DNA of 63,455 nucleotides, filler included. It is 6 parts of 6 records of this genome, joined end to end, with 100 filler letters (N's around TTAATTAATTAA, not from the genome) between each part and the next. Parts side by side here need not be neighbours in the genome. Positions count along the whole stretch, not along the records: positions 18,796 to 27,965 come from DRR723986_13309; positions 28,066 to 49,974 come from DRR723986_13310; 4 more parts are not named here. One strand, written 5' to 3'. The first letter of the stretch is position 1. Each line of letters starts with the position of its first letter. Under the pieces are notes generated by a model, which searched no databases, was not told the origin of the DNA, and worked only from the letters and a program-made list of their open reading frames with translations. The position numbers and the translations under genes are program-made. Of this stretch, positions 20,091 through 29,783 are shown in pieces.

Positions 20091-21905
20091 ATGCTCCAGC
20101 GCTTCAGCGTCGTTGTGATTCTGGTTGTCATCATGCTGCTGTCCTGGCTTCTGGGCGGTTGGTACGGTTATCGCCAGCTGGAGCAGGAGGCCCTGCAAGA
20201 GGCTTTCCGGTACCGACAACTGGTTGCGAATGAGCTGAACCGGTATCTGCCGGTTCCGGCTCTTATCGCCGAACACCCCCTGTTAGCCGACGCGCTCAAG
20301 CAACCGAATGATGCCGTGACTCTGCTGCGCGCCAACGAGCAGATGCAAAGAATGGCGACCATTGTCGGCGGCTCAGATATCTACCTGATGGATTTGTCTG
20401 GTTTGACGATTGCGGCCAACAATTTCGGCCAGCCGGACACCTTCGTTGGCAATAATTACGCGTTTCGCCCCTACTTTTCTGAAGCCGTGCAAACCGGAGA
20501 TTCAGTGGCCTATTTCGCCTTGGGTTTACGGTCCCTGGAGCGTGGTCTGTACTTCACTCATCCGGTGCGCGATCAGCGGGGCAAAATGCTCGGGGTCGTA
20601 GCCATCAAGATATTGGTCCATGAGCTGGAGTCGCAGTGGCACCGGCCAGAATCGACCCAGCAGGCGCAAATGGTGGTGCTGGATGGCGACGGCATCAGTT
20701 TTCTGTCCAGTCGCAGCCAGTGGTTGTATCGGGACTTTCGGCCAGGTGACAAGGCAGAAAAAACCGCCCGCGTGCGGCAACGTTACCCCGAGCGGGATTT
20801 AGCGCCTGTTGACTTCTCGGTCACTGGCAAGCCGTGGGGGCTGGCGGATTATTCCACACGGATTCAGTTACGGGACAGCAACAGTGCTGGCACGTACCTG
20901 ACCGTCGAGGTGGACCTGCCCAGGCTGGACTGGAGCCTGATGGTACTGACCGAGACGCGATCAGTACTCTGGACCCGCGCCGGTTTCCTGGTCAGCGGGC
21001 TGGCCTTGTTCCTGGCCGGGTTCCTTACCTGGTTGTATCTTCGCGAACGATACCGGCGGGAACGTGAACTGGCCTTGAGGGGAGAGCAGTTGGAGCGTCG
21101 CGTTGCTCAGCGGACAGCCGATCTTAAACGTTCCAATGACCAACTGCTGGAAGAGATACAGGAGCGGGAGAGAGCCCAGACGGAGTTGCGTGAAACCCAG
21201 CAAGAGCTCATCCAGGCTGCCAAGCTCGCGGTGCTCGGGCAAATGTCGGCGGGTCTGAACCACGAGATCAATCAGCCCCTGACCGCGATCCAGGGTTATG
21301 CCCGCAACAGTCGGAAGTTTCTGGAGCGGGGGGCCACCGATATGGTGGATGCCAACCTGGGGGAAATCGTCGCCCTGTGCGACAAGATGGCGGAGCTCAT
21401 CCGACAGTTTAAGGTGTTCGCGAGAAAATCCGAGGGCCCCCCGTCGGTGGTTGATCTCAGATTGGCGGTGGATGGAGCCCTCAAGATCATTCGTGCCCAG
21501 CACAGCAGTAGCGGCATTGGCATCGATTGGCATCGCCCGGAGCAGCCGGTCATGTGCCACGGCGATCTGATCCGGATCGAGCAGGTGATGGTCAATCTGG
21601 TGGCGAACGCGGTTCAGGCGGTTGAAGGCCGTGACGAGCCGTTGATCGAGATCATGATTGATGAGGAAGAGGGGAACTGGCGTTGCCGGGTTCGAGACAA
21701 TGGGCATGGCCTTCCCGGTAACACAGAGAAGGTGTTCGAACCGTTTTTTACCACCCGCTCCGTCAAACAGGGGTTGGGCCTGGGGCTTTCCATTTCCCGT
21801 CAGATCGTTGAAGCTCTGGGCGGAAACCTGGTCGGCCACAATCGTGACGATGGTCCGGGTGCCGAGTTCGTTCTCAAATTGAAACAGCGTAGGGCAGAGG
21901 AATGA
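20091..21905 (+). CDS. dctB: DctB-like C4-dicarboxylate sensor histidine kinase
   Basis: TM-dCache(FVGNNYAFRPYF)-TM, H-box HEINQPL, N/G boxes. Confidence 0.88.
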   Translation: MLQRFSVVVILVVIMLLSWLLGGWYGYRQLEQEALQEAFRYRQLVANELNRYLPVPALIAEHPLLADALKQPNDAVTLLRANEQMQRMATIVGGSDIYLMDLSGLTIAANNFGQPDTFVGNNYAFRPYFSEAVQTGDSVAYFALGLRSLERGLYFTHPVRDQRGKMLGVVAIKILVHELESQWHRPESTQQAQMVVLDGDGISFLSSRSQWLYRDFRPGDKAEKTARVRQRYPERDLAPVDFSVTGKPWGLADYSTRIQLRDSNSAGTYLTVEVDLPRLDWSLMVLTETRSVLWTRAGFLVSGLALFLAGFLTWLYLRERYRRERELALRGEQLERRVAQRTADLKRSNDQLLEEIQERERAQTELRETQQELIQAAKLAVLGQMSAGLNHEINQPLTAIQGYARNSRKFLERGATDMVDANLGEIVALCDKMAELIRQFKVFARKSEGPPSVVDLRLAVDGALKIIRAQHSSSGIGIDWHRPEQPVMCHGDLIRIEQVMVNLVANAVQAVEGRDEPLIEIMIDEEEGNWRCRVRDNGHGLPGNTEKVFEPFFTTRSVKQGLGLGLSISRQIVEALGGNLVGHNRDDGPGAEFVLKLKQRRAEE

Positions 21906-23254
21906 CAACCGCTTCAGTCATTTTTGTCGATGACGACCCGGATATCCGGCCACTGATGCAACAGACCCTGGAGCTGGAGGATATCCCGGTGGCCTGTTTT
22001 GCGGATGGTGCGTCAGCCTTGCAGGAGGTTCATCCGGATTTCGAGGGCATCGTCCTGTGTGATTACAACATGCCGGGCATGGACGGCCTGGATGTGTTGC
22101 AGCGCATCCGGCAGATTGATGAAGATATTCCGGTCATTCTGCTGACTGGTCAGGGCGATATCAGCACGGCGGTATCGGCCATGCAGCAGGGTGCCTACGA
22201 TTTCATCGAGAAACCGTTTGATCACGAGGAGTTGATTGAACTTCTGCGGCATGCCCTTGAGAAACGGCATCTGGCGCTTGAGAACCGGCGGCTGAAAGCT
22301 CAGCTCCGACACCTTGCCCGCCCCGGCCCCCGGATGCTGGGCGATTCGCCGGCTATGCAACGGGTGATGGCGACCATTGATCCGGTATTGGATATCTCCG
22401 CAAACGTGCTCCTTCATGGTGAGACGGGGTCCGGTAAGGACGCGCTGGCCAGATATATCCATGAAAACAGTCCACGCAGCAGCCACAATTTTGTTGCGAT
22501 CAATTGCGGCGCTGTACCCGAGAATCTGATCGAAAGCGAGCTGTTCGGGCACGAGGCCGGCGCCTTCACAGGTGCTGACAAACGACGTGTTGGCAAGATA
22601 GAACACGCTCATCGGGGAACCCTGTTCCTGGATGAGCTGGAAAGTATGCCCATGCCGTTGCAGATAAAACTGCTCCGGGTTCTTGAGGAGCAACGGGTTG
22701 AGCGGCTTGGCAGCAACCAGGTCGTTGACGTGGACGTACGTATTATCGCCGCCACCAAATCCGATCTGAAGGAACTGAGTGACAAGGGAGAATTCCGGTC
22801 CGACCTTTATTACCGACTGAATGTGGTGAAAGTGGATATTCCGCCGTTGCGGGAGCGAAAGGAAGACATCCCCAAACTGTTCCATCACTTTGTGCTGATT
22901 GCTGCCGCTCGCTATGACCGCGAGAGTGTGCCTTTGGACGCACGTCAGGCTGCCCGGCTGATGCAGCATTCCTGGCCCGGCAACGTTCGGGAACTGCGTA
23001 ACCTGGCTGAGCGATATGTCTTGCTGGGCCCGGCAGCCCTGGCCGAAGGGGATTCCGCCAGCGGACCGAACATTGCCAGCCGGCAGACGTTGTCGGAAAT
23101 GATGGATGGCTTTGAACGCTCGGCTATTGTCAGTGCTCTGAACGCCTGCCACGGTAGCATCAAGGACACCATGGTTCAGCTCGGGATTGCCCGCAAGACG
23201 CTGTATGACAAAATGAAGAAACACGGGCTGGACAAAGCCGAGTTCAAGGACTGA
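21902..23254 (+). CDS. dctD: DctD-like sigma-54-dependent response regulator
   Basis: Receiver, GETGSGK, GAFTGA, WPGNVREL, Fis HTH; 4-nt overlap with the kinase gene. Confidence 0.9.
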   Translation: MTTASVIFVDDDPDIRPLMQQTLELEDIPVACFADGASALQEVHPDFEGIVLCDYNMPGMDGLDVLQRIRQIDEDIPVILLTGQGDISTAVSAMQQGAYDFIEKPFDHEELIELLRHALEKRHLALENRRLKAQLRHLARPGPRMLGDSPAMQRVMATIDPVLDISANVLLHGETGSGKDALARYIHENSPRSSHNFVAINCGAVPENLIESELFGHEAGAFTGADKRRVGKIEHAHRGTLFLDELESMPMPLQIKLLRVLEEQRVERLGSNQVVDVDVRIIAATKSDLKELSDKGEFRSDLYYRLNVVKVDIPPLRERKEDIPKLFHHFVLIAAARYDRESVPLDARQAARLMQHSWPGNVRELRNLAERYVLLGPAALAEGDSASGPNIASRQTLSEMMDGFERSAIVSALNACHGSIKDTMVQLGIARKTLYDKMKKHGLDKAEFKD

Positions 23255-23402
23255 CCGTTACAAAAGATAACGCCCTGGTTGCACTGGTTTTACAAACTAC
23301 GAGGTTTCCTCGATAAATCTGTCGTGTGTTTTTCTGTAGGATTGCTAATCTTTTTTTAGCGGACTTCTCCGACAGTCATTCCAACCACGGAAAACACGCC
23401 AC

Positions 23403-25097
23403 ATGAAGAATCTGACCATCCAGGCGAGGGTGCTGTTGCTGGCACTGGTGCCGGTTATTGTTCTGACTGCATTGCTGACCACTTACAACCTGAATCAGGC
23501 CCGCTCGATCGGAGAGCAGGCGGTTGCAAGCTTCTCGGAAGACATGGAGGCCAGCAAGCGCCAGGAGCTGCGCAACTATCTGGAGCTGGCAAAAACGTCC
23601 ATCCAGCATCTTTATGAGCAGCCGGGCTCGGCCAATGATCCTGAGGTCCAGCAGCAGGCCTGGGACATCTTGCGGCAACTGCGTTTTGACGACTCCGGCA
23701 GTGAGGGCTATCTGTTCGCCTATACCACGGAAGGTGTTTCCGTGATGCATGGTGTCAACTCCGCCTTGGAAGGCCGTAACCTCTGGGGCTTTCAGGACCC
23801 GAACGGCACCTACCTGATTCGCGAACTGATCGAGGCTGCGCGCAATGGTGGCGGCTATGTACCCTATGGCTGGAAACACCCGGAAACCGGTAACGTAGCC
23901 CCCAAGTTAGGCTATGCCGAAATGCTGCCGAAATGGGGCGTGATGATCGGCACCGGATTCTGGATTGACGGCCTGGAATCTCAGGTTGCTTCCATGGAAC
24001 AGCGGGTGGGCGATTCCCTGGGTGAGGCGATCATTGGTTCGGTGACCACCTCCCTGATCGCCCTGGCGATTATCGTCTTTCTGGCCCTTGTCGTGGTTCG
24101 CGGCATTATCCGCCCATTGAAGTCGGCGGTGACGGCGATGAATGGCATTGCCAGTGGCGACGGGGATCTTACCCGTCGGCTTGACGTCTCGGGCAGGGAT
24201 GAGCTGTCCCAGTTGGCCACGGCGTTCAACAGCTTTGCGGATCAGGTGCATGGGCTGGTCCGCCAGGTCCGCCAGTCGGCCGAGACATTGAATGTTACCA
24301 CCGGCGAGTTGAACGAGGTCATGGTGGAAGCCGAGCAGGGCGTTGAGCGCCAGAAATCGGAAAGTGATCAGGTAGCCACCGCCATGAACGAGATGACTGC
24401 CGCAGCCCAGGAAGTGGCCGGTAATGCCAGTGAAGCGTCGGATTCGGCTGGCCACGCTACCGCTCAGGTAACCGATGCCCAGGGGCTGGTCTACCAGGCC
24501 ATCGAGGTGATTGGCGGGCTCTCCAAACAGGTGGAAGAGGGTGTTCAGGTCATAGAAAAATTGGGCACCGACTCCCGCCAGATCGACAGCGTGCTGGAGG
24601 TTATTCGGGAGATTGCCGACCAGACCAATCTGTTGGCCCTGAATGCTGCCATCGAGGCGGCTCGCGCAGGAGAAGCCGGCCGTGGCTTTGCCGTGGTTGC
24701 CGACGAGGTACGTACGCTGGCAAGCAGGACCCAGAAGAGCACTCAGGAGATCCAGGCGACCATCGAGCGGCTGCAGAAAGGTGCCCAGCAGGCGGTAACG
24801 CTGATCGGCGCCATCAGCCAGCGCAGCGAGGAAACCGTGGAGGAAACCCGCCAGGTGAACGAAGCGCTGCAGCGTATTTCCCAGGCCGTGAACACGATTA
24901 CCGATATGAACACCCAGATTGCCAGTGCTGCGGAAGAGCAGACCAGCGTGTCGGAAACCATCAACCAGAATGTCCACGAAATCGTGGCAATCTCGGAACA
25001 GACTGCCCAGGGAACCCGTCGCGCCGGCGAAGCGACCCAGCGCCTCAAGGCACTGGCCGGTGAGTTGACCGACGAGGTCAGCCGCTACCGGGTCTGA
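23403..25097 (+). CDS. methyl-accepting chemotaxis protein with single Cache sensor
   Basis: Two TMs, GYLFAY...DPNG...PKLGYA Cache domain, [35 protein letters not shown]. Confidence 0.95.
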   Translation: MKNLTIQARVLLLALVPVIVLTALLTTYNLNQARSIGEQAVASFSEDMEASKRQELRNYLELAKTSIQHLYEQPGSANDPEVQQQAWDILRQLRFDDSGSEGYLFAYTTEGVSVMHGVNSALEGRNLWGFQDPNGTYLIRELIEAARNGGGYVPYGWKHPETGNVAPKLGYAEMLPKWGVMIGTGFWIDGLESQVASMEQRVGDSLGEAIIGSVTTSLIALAIIVFLALVVVRGIIRPLKSAVTAMNGIASGDGDLTRRLDVSGRDELSQLATAFNSFADQVHGLVRQVRQSAETLNVTTGELNEVMVEAEQGVERQKSESDQVATAMNEMTAAAQEVAGNASEASDSAGHATAQVTDAQGLVYQAIEVIGGLSKQVEEGVQVIEKLGTDSRQIDSVLEVIREIADQTNLLALNAAIEAARAGEAGRGFAVVADEVRTLASRTQKSTQEIQATIERLQKGAQQAVTLIGAISQRSEETVEETRQVNEALQRISQAVNTITDMNTQIASAAEEQTSVSETINQNVHEIVAISEQTAQGTRRAGEATQRLKALAGELTDEVSRYRV

Positions 25098-25122
25098 GCA
25101 GAGTTACCTATCTAGTCGAAGG

Positions 25123-25159
25123 AAAAGGCGCAGTCACGAAAGTGATCTGCGCCTTTTTT
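25123..25159. terminator. bidirectional terminator between convergent genes
   Basis: AAAAGGCGCAG-TCAC-GAAA-GTGA-T-CTGCGCCTTTTTT. Confidence 0.8.
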
Positions 25160-25166
25160 GCCCGGA

Positions 25167-26825
25167 TCAGGGCGCGATTTTCTTTTTCAGGGCTTTGGTC
25201 AGCGGCCTTGGCAGGCTCGGCAGCGACTTCAGCAGCCAGGGCAGAACCTTTCTTTTTACGCCATTCAGGGATTCCGGCACCACCGCTTCAATCAGGTGCG
25301 GGCCGGGGTTGTGTTTGGCGTATTCCATGGCTTTGATCAGCTCTTCCGCCGTGGTTACCCGGGTGCCGTGCACGCCCATGCTCTGGGCCAGCAACGCGTA
25401 GTTGGTGACCGGGCCACTGATGTCGAGTTGGGATTTCGCCTTGGCACCGGCTTCTTCTGCGCCAACCCGTTCCAGTTCTACGTTCAGGATCGAGTAGGAA
25501 GCGTTGTTGAAGATGATGGTGGTCACGTTCAGATTTTCCCTCGCCATGGTCCACAGGGCCTGGTTGGTATACATGGCGGTGCCGTCACCGATCAGTGCGT
25601 AAACCTGGCGATCCGGACAGGCGATGGCTGCACCGACGGCGTTGGGCATGCCTTGCCCGATGGCCCCGCCGGTGAGGGTGATCAGATCGTGCCGTGGCGA
25701 GCCTGCGGTCATGGCGTTCAGCATCAGGCCGGAGGTGATGGCTTCATCCACGATAATGCTGTTCTCGGGCATCAGTTCGCCCACCGCCCGGCAAACCTTT
25801 TCGGCGGTGAGTTTACCTTTGGGCAGGCCGGGGCGGCCGGGCGCCTGCAGCTTGGGTTGGGCATTGCTGGCACCGAGAGTTTCGGCCAGCTTTTTCAGGC
25901 TGGCGGTGGCATCCTGCTCCGGCGTGCTCAGGGTGTGAGCAGTGCAGTTGTCTGGCACCAGGTAGCTTTGTTTGCCCGGATAGGCGAAGAAGGATACCGG
26001 GGCCTTGGCATCCACCAGAATCAGGTGGTCAAACTCGGAGAGCTGCAGAGTGGCCAGTTCCGCCAGGTAAGCGATCCGCTCCACCGGCGGCAGGCCGGCG
26101 CCCCGTTCAATGCGGGTTGGGAAGGTTTCGGCAAACAGGGTGACACCGTTGTGGGCGGCAATGCGTGCCGCCTCCAGCAGAGCGGGCTCACGCAGGGCGC
26201 GGCCACCCAGCAGCAGGGCGGTTTTCTTACCGCTCTTAATGGCTTCTGCGGCCGCTTTAACAGCGCTATCTTCAGCTGCTGGCGCTTGCGGTTGAGTGGG
26301 TGCGGCACAAGGCTTGCCGCCTTCGCCCCAGGACACATCCGCTGGCAGAATCAGAGTGGCTACCTGCCCTGGCAGGCCCCGGGCGGCGATGATGGCTTCG
26401 GCGGCATCCTGGCAAAGGGCTTCTGTGCTTTGTGACGTGCGCACAAAATTGGGGGAGATGTTGCGAGCGACCGTTTCGATGTCAGACTGCAACTGGGCGT
26501 CGTATTTCACATGGTAGGTGGCATGGTCGCCAACAATGTTGACCACCGGTACCTTACCCTTGCGTGCATTGTGCAGGTTGGCCAGGCCATTGCCCAGGCC
26601 ACAGCCCAGGTGCAGCAGGGTAGCAGCGGGTTTGTCCGCCATCCGGGCGTAGCCGTCGGCGGCACCGGTGGCGACGCCTTCAAACAGGGCCAGTACCGCC
26701 CGCATTCCGGGTTCGCTGTCCAGGGCGGCGACAAAATGCATTTCGCTGGTGCCCGGGTTGGTAAAACAGACTTCAACACCCGAATCCACCAGGGTTTTCA
26801 TGAGTGCCTGAGCGCCGTTGGTCAT
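25167..26825 (-). CDS. ThDP-dependent enzyme (acetolactate synthase large subunit / benzoylformate decarboxylase-like)
   Basis: CFTNPGTSE, LFEGVATGAADGYAR, GDG...NN ThDP motif; start overlaps the upstream stop (ATGA). Confidence 0.88.
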   Translation of the reverse strand: MTNGAQALMKTLVDSGVEVCFTNPGTSEMHFVAALDSEPGMRAVLALFEGVATGAADGYARMADKPAATLLHLGCGLGNGLANLHNARKGKVPVVNIVGDHATYHVKYDAQLQSDIETVARNISPNFVRTSQSTEALCQDAAEAIIAARGLPGQVATLILPADVSWGEGGKPCAAPTQPQAPAAEDSAVKAAAEAIKSGKKTALLLGGRALREPALLEAARIAAHNGVTLFAETFPTRIERGAGLPPVERIAYLAELATLQLSEFDHLILVDAKAPVSFFAYPGKQSYLVPDNCTAHTLSTPEQDATASLKKLAETLGASNAQPKLQAPGRPGLPKGKLTAEKVCRAVGELMPENSIIVDEAITSGLMLNAMTAGSPRHDLITLTGGAIGQGMPNAVGAAIACPDRQVYALIGDGTAMYTNQALWTMARENLNVTTIIFNNASYSILNVELERVGAEEAGAKAKSQLDISGPVTNYALLAQSMGVHGTRVTTAEELIKAMEYAKHNPGPHLIEAVVPESLNGVKRKVLPWLLKSLPSLPRPLTKALKKKIAP

Positions 26826-27964
26826 TGTTGTTCTCCAGCTTGGGTCAATTCGTTTGTATTGGTCCGGTCGAGATGGGTCTCGTTGATATCGGCAATTCTG
26901 GTGACGCCGGTCAGGGTCATGGCCAGTTTCAGTTCCTGCTGCCAGGTGTTCAGGAGTCGGGTTAATCCGGCCTGACCTTCTGCCGCCAGGGCCCACGCCC
27001 AGGGGCGACCAATCATCACGCCGTTGGCCCCCAGGGCGAGGGCGCGGAAAACGTCTACGCCGTTGCGGATGCCGCCATCCACCAGGATCTCGGTGTCGTT
27101 GCCGACGGCGGCCACGATATCCGGGAGTTTGCGGGCGGTGGCGGCCACACCATCCAACTGACGACCGCCGTGGTTGGAGACCACGATGCCATCGGCGCCT
27201 ACGTTGACGGCTGCTTTGGCATCATCCACTTCCAGTATGCCTTTCAGGATCAGTTTCCCTGGCCAGCGTTCCCGCAGCCATTCGATGGCCTGCCAGGTGA
27301 CGGAAGCGTCGAACTGGGTATCGACCCATTGCTTGAAGGAATCCAGGTTACTGGCCTCTGGCACCGCGTCGCTCAGATTGCCGAAGGTGAGGGGTTTACC
27401 TTTTATCGCTACCTGCCATAGCCACCCGGGCCTCGATAGAAGCTGCTGCGCTTTGAGCGCAACGGAACGGGCGCCGGCGCTGTTCAGGCCGTTGCGGGTA
27501 TCCCGATGCCGGGGGCCGGGCAGGGGCAGGTCGATGGTAAATATCAGCGTCTGGCAGCCGGCATCCCAGGCTTTTTTCAGCAGGGTGTCTACGTAGTCCC
27601 GGTCACGAATCATGTACAACTGGAACCAGAAGGGCGCCGTGGCGGCTGCTTTCACTTCTGCCAACGGGCATATGCCAACGGTGGAGAGGGTGAAAGGCAC
27701 CTCGGCGGAGTTGGCTGCCTTCACAGCCTGGGCTTCTCCCCGTTGTGCCATCATGCCGGCCAGCCCCAGAGGCGCCAAGGCGACAGGCATGCTGCAGGAT
27801 TGCCCGGCCAGCTCGGTGCGGGTGTCCACGTTATCGACATCAATCAACACACGCTGGCGCAGGGCGATATCCTGCCAGCCGCGGACATTGGCCCGCAGGG
27901 TGTGTTCTTCGGTAGCGCCGCCGTCCAGGTAATCTGCCAGAAACCGGGGCAGTTTACGGCGGGC
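26822..27964 (-). CDS. FMN-dependent alpha-hydroxy-acid dehydrogenase (LldD/MdlB family), 5'-truncated
   Basis: ARRKLPRFLADYLDGGA, WFQLY, LILKGI, SNHGGRQLD, DGGIR. Confidence 0.92.
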   Translation of the reverse strand, partial: ARRKLPRFLADYLDGGATEEHTLRANVRGWQDIALRQRVLIDVDNVDTRTELAGQSCSMPVALAPLGLAGMMAQRGEAQAVKAANSAEVPFTLSTVGICPLAEVKAAATAPFWFQLYMIRDRDYVDTLLKKAWDAGCQTLIFTIDLPLPGPRHRDTRNGLNSAGARSVALKAQQLLSRPGWLWQVAIKGKPLTFGNLSDAVPEASNLDSFKQWVDTQFDASVTWQAIEWLRERWPGKLILKGILEVDDAKAAVNVGADGIVVSNHGGRQLDGVAATARKLPDIVAAVGNDTEILVDGGIRNGVDVFRALALGANGVMIGRPWAWALAAEGQAGLTRLLNTWQQELKLAMTLTGVTRIADINETHLDRTNTNELTQAGEQQ

Positions 27965-27965
27965 G

Positions 27966-28065
27966 NNNNNNNNNNNNNNNNNNNNNNNNNNNNNNNNNNN
28001 NNNNNNNNNTTAATTAATTAANNNNNNNNNNNNNNNNNNNNNNNNNNNNNNNNNNNNNNNNNNNN
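27966..28065. other. artificial contig spacer
   Basis: N-run, TTAATTAATTAA, N-run. Confidence 0.99.
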
Positions 28066-28068
28066 TCA

Positions 28069-28168
28069 GTAGCACGGCTCTCCGAGCCGTGAACTCAGCA
28101 ACCCCTCAAAGTAGCACGGCTCTCCGAGCCGTGAGCTCAGCAACTCTCGCCTCGGAGAGGCGAGCTAC
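28069..28168. repeat. cluster of GTAG-type REP elements (two direct copies, one inverted variant)
   Basis: GTAGCACGGCTCTCCGAGCCGTG at 28069 and 28111; inverted variant GTAGCTCGCCTCTCCGAGGCGAG at 28146-28168; sits at a contig end. Confidence 0.85.
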
Positions 28169-28188
28169 TAGGCGCTGCGGCGGCGCAC

Positions 28189-28227
28189 AAAAAAAGGCGA
28201 AACCGACTGTCGCCAATCGGTCCGCCT
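28189..28227 (-). terminator. intrinsic terminator
   Basis: Minus strand AGGCGGACCGATTG-GCGA-CAGTCGGTTTCGCCT followed by a U6 tract. Confidence 0.8.
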
Positions 28228-28400
28228 CACACGGGGGGGTGAGAAAGCTTTCGCTTTCTGAGCGGCATCCTCCGCTCGATGGAAACTTAGTCCGCCCTGG
28301 CATGAGACGACTAGAAAGTTGAGCTTTTCCTTCTTGGCCGATCGATTCTGGATTTTGATGCGGATGGTTGAATCGGTCCTGTGGATTATCCGGCCAATCC
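28189..28400 (-). ncRNA. candidate structured RNA (sRNA or long 3' UTR)
   Basis: Contiguous hairpins, two with GNRA loops on the minus strand and one with an AGGAUG loop, ending in a terminator; no convincing ORF. Confidence 0.35.
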
Positions 28401-28418
28401 AATGGCTGAAGAGCGGTG

Positions 28419-28673
28419 TTATGCGTCTGGTTCGATCTCTCTCAGAGCTTCCAATAGCGCGTTGTACTCGTCTTGGCAACAAACGCATTGCTCCAAATGC
28501 ACCTCAACGGCCTTCATCGCGTCCGGTATCTCCAGATCTCCCAATTTCAGCTCGGCAAATTCAGCGATCTGGCGATAACAACCATCGCAGTCCAGCGTAT
28601 CGTTGGCGACCGAGTGAACAAGCGACATGAGCGTTCTAATCTGCGCTTCAGAAAGTGGCATCTCGTTAACCAT
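28419..28673 (-). CDS. small soluble zinc-binding anti-sigma factor (ZAS)
   Basis: LDCDGC plus HLEQCVCC (HxxxCxxC); directly downstream of the ECF sigma gene; no TM segment. Confidence 0.8.
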   Translation of the reverse strand: MVNEMPLSEAQIRTLMSLVHSVANDTLDCDGCYRQIAEFAELKLGDLEIPDAMKAVEVHLEQCVCCQDEYNALLEALREIEPDA

Positions 28674-28741
28674 AATGCTTGTCGATTTGATTAATTGTGT
28701 TCCGAGGTGAGATCGCGTGCTTGCAGCGACCTCAGCGCTGA

Positions 28742-29353
28742 CTACGCGATTGCGTTAAGTACGTCTTCGGGTCTCATGCCCAGCGAAGCAAAGCCGCTCT
28801 TGAGTTTCGAGCGGGCGTCATGGACGAGCTTGTAGACCGCATTCCGGTTGCTACCGGTCTTCTCGGCAATCTGTTCGATTGGAATTCCTTCCAACAGTCC
28901 GCGGATTGCTAGTTTCTGTTTCGGTGAAAGGACCTCTTCAATCAAGTGATTGAGTTGATCGATCACACTTTTTTGTTCAAGCCGTTGTTCTGAGCTTGGG
29001 CTACTGTCGACCGCCAACTCAATCTTCATTGAATCAGCAGCACCTAGGGCATCCAAGGAAATGTCCTTGGTATGCTTGCGTCGCAGTGCGGTTATGCCAA
29101 CTCGGGTGGCAATCGTCATCGCCCAAGTCGTAAACTTACTGCGACCTTCAAACGAATCGAGTGAAGCCAAAATCTTCAGCAGTGCGTCTTGAACGACGTC
29201 GTCTGCCTGAAGGATGCGCCCGTATCTATGGTTCAGCGATTTGCTCAATCCGCGAAGGATGATTTCGCGTAATTCCTCAATCGCCTCGCCAAGTGCGGGC
29301 TCCCCGCCTCGCAGCCTGCTGAGCCACCGCGACTCGTCTTCGGCACTAATCAT
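28742..29353 (-). CDS. ECF-type sigma-70 factor
   Basis: Region 2 (ADDVVQDALLKI...FEGRSKFTTWAMTIA) and region 4 (LSPKQK...IAEKTG..RNAVYKLVHDARSKLK). Confidence 0.9.
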   Translation of the reverse strand: MISAEDESRWLSRLRGGEPALGEAIEELREIILRGLSKSLNHRYGRILQADDVVQDALLKILASLDSFEGRSKFTTWAMTIATRVGITALRRKHTKDISLDALGAADSMKIELAVDSSPSSEQRLEQKSVIDQLNHLIEEVLSPKQKLAIRGLLEGIPIEQIAEKTGSNRNAVYKLVHDARSKLKSGFASLGMRPEDVLNAIA

Positions 29354-29527
29354 GCTATTTCCCCACCGATCCGGAACATTCAATACTGCGGATGGTCGTC
29401 TCGAAATGCAGTTAATGCCAGACCGCGCGACTGGTGATCCCGTCAGAGAACTCCGCAAAGTCCTCATGACGCGGGGAACCGGAATGTATCCAGCCCCGTG
29501 CCACCATCACTAGGTCTGTATTTGTTG

Positions 29528-29554
29528 AGACGAACCATTTGCTGGATATCTTAC
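29528..29554 (-). promoter_or_regulatory. possible autoregulatory ECF promoter
   Basis: GTAAG-N17-CGTCT on the minus strand about 175 nt upstream of the sigma gene; ECF-like -35/-10 geometry. Confidence 0.35.
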
Positions 29555-29783
29555 GTCAACACACGAAGTTTCCGAAGCGGTGCTTTGAGCATGTCACCTC
29601 AGTTTATAATCTGACCGAGTGACGCAGATCATATGCTCGCCCAAGTGGTTCGTCCGGGGTGATTGGCCAATAGTGCGTTTATGCCAGAAAAACCGTCTTT
29701 TCATGCCGCCAAGGTTGGCTTCGTGGCGGTCCGTAACGCGATCTCAGGCAAAGAGAAATTCGGCACAAAATTGAACTCGACAC

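Noticed and set aside
592-27000. Long antisense ORFs (e.g. 592-1866, 3737-5407, 5514-6944, 7052-8101, 15763-17049, 17225-18406, 22013-23224, 25158-26435)
   Set aside because: They are shadows of well-supported genes in GC-rich, codon-biased DNA and carry no recognisable motifs.
28069-28145. Possible CRISPR array (palindromic direct repeats)
   Set aside because: Only two direct copies, the intervening sequences resemble each other, a third copy is inverted, and there are no cas genes. It fits REP elements.
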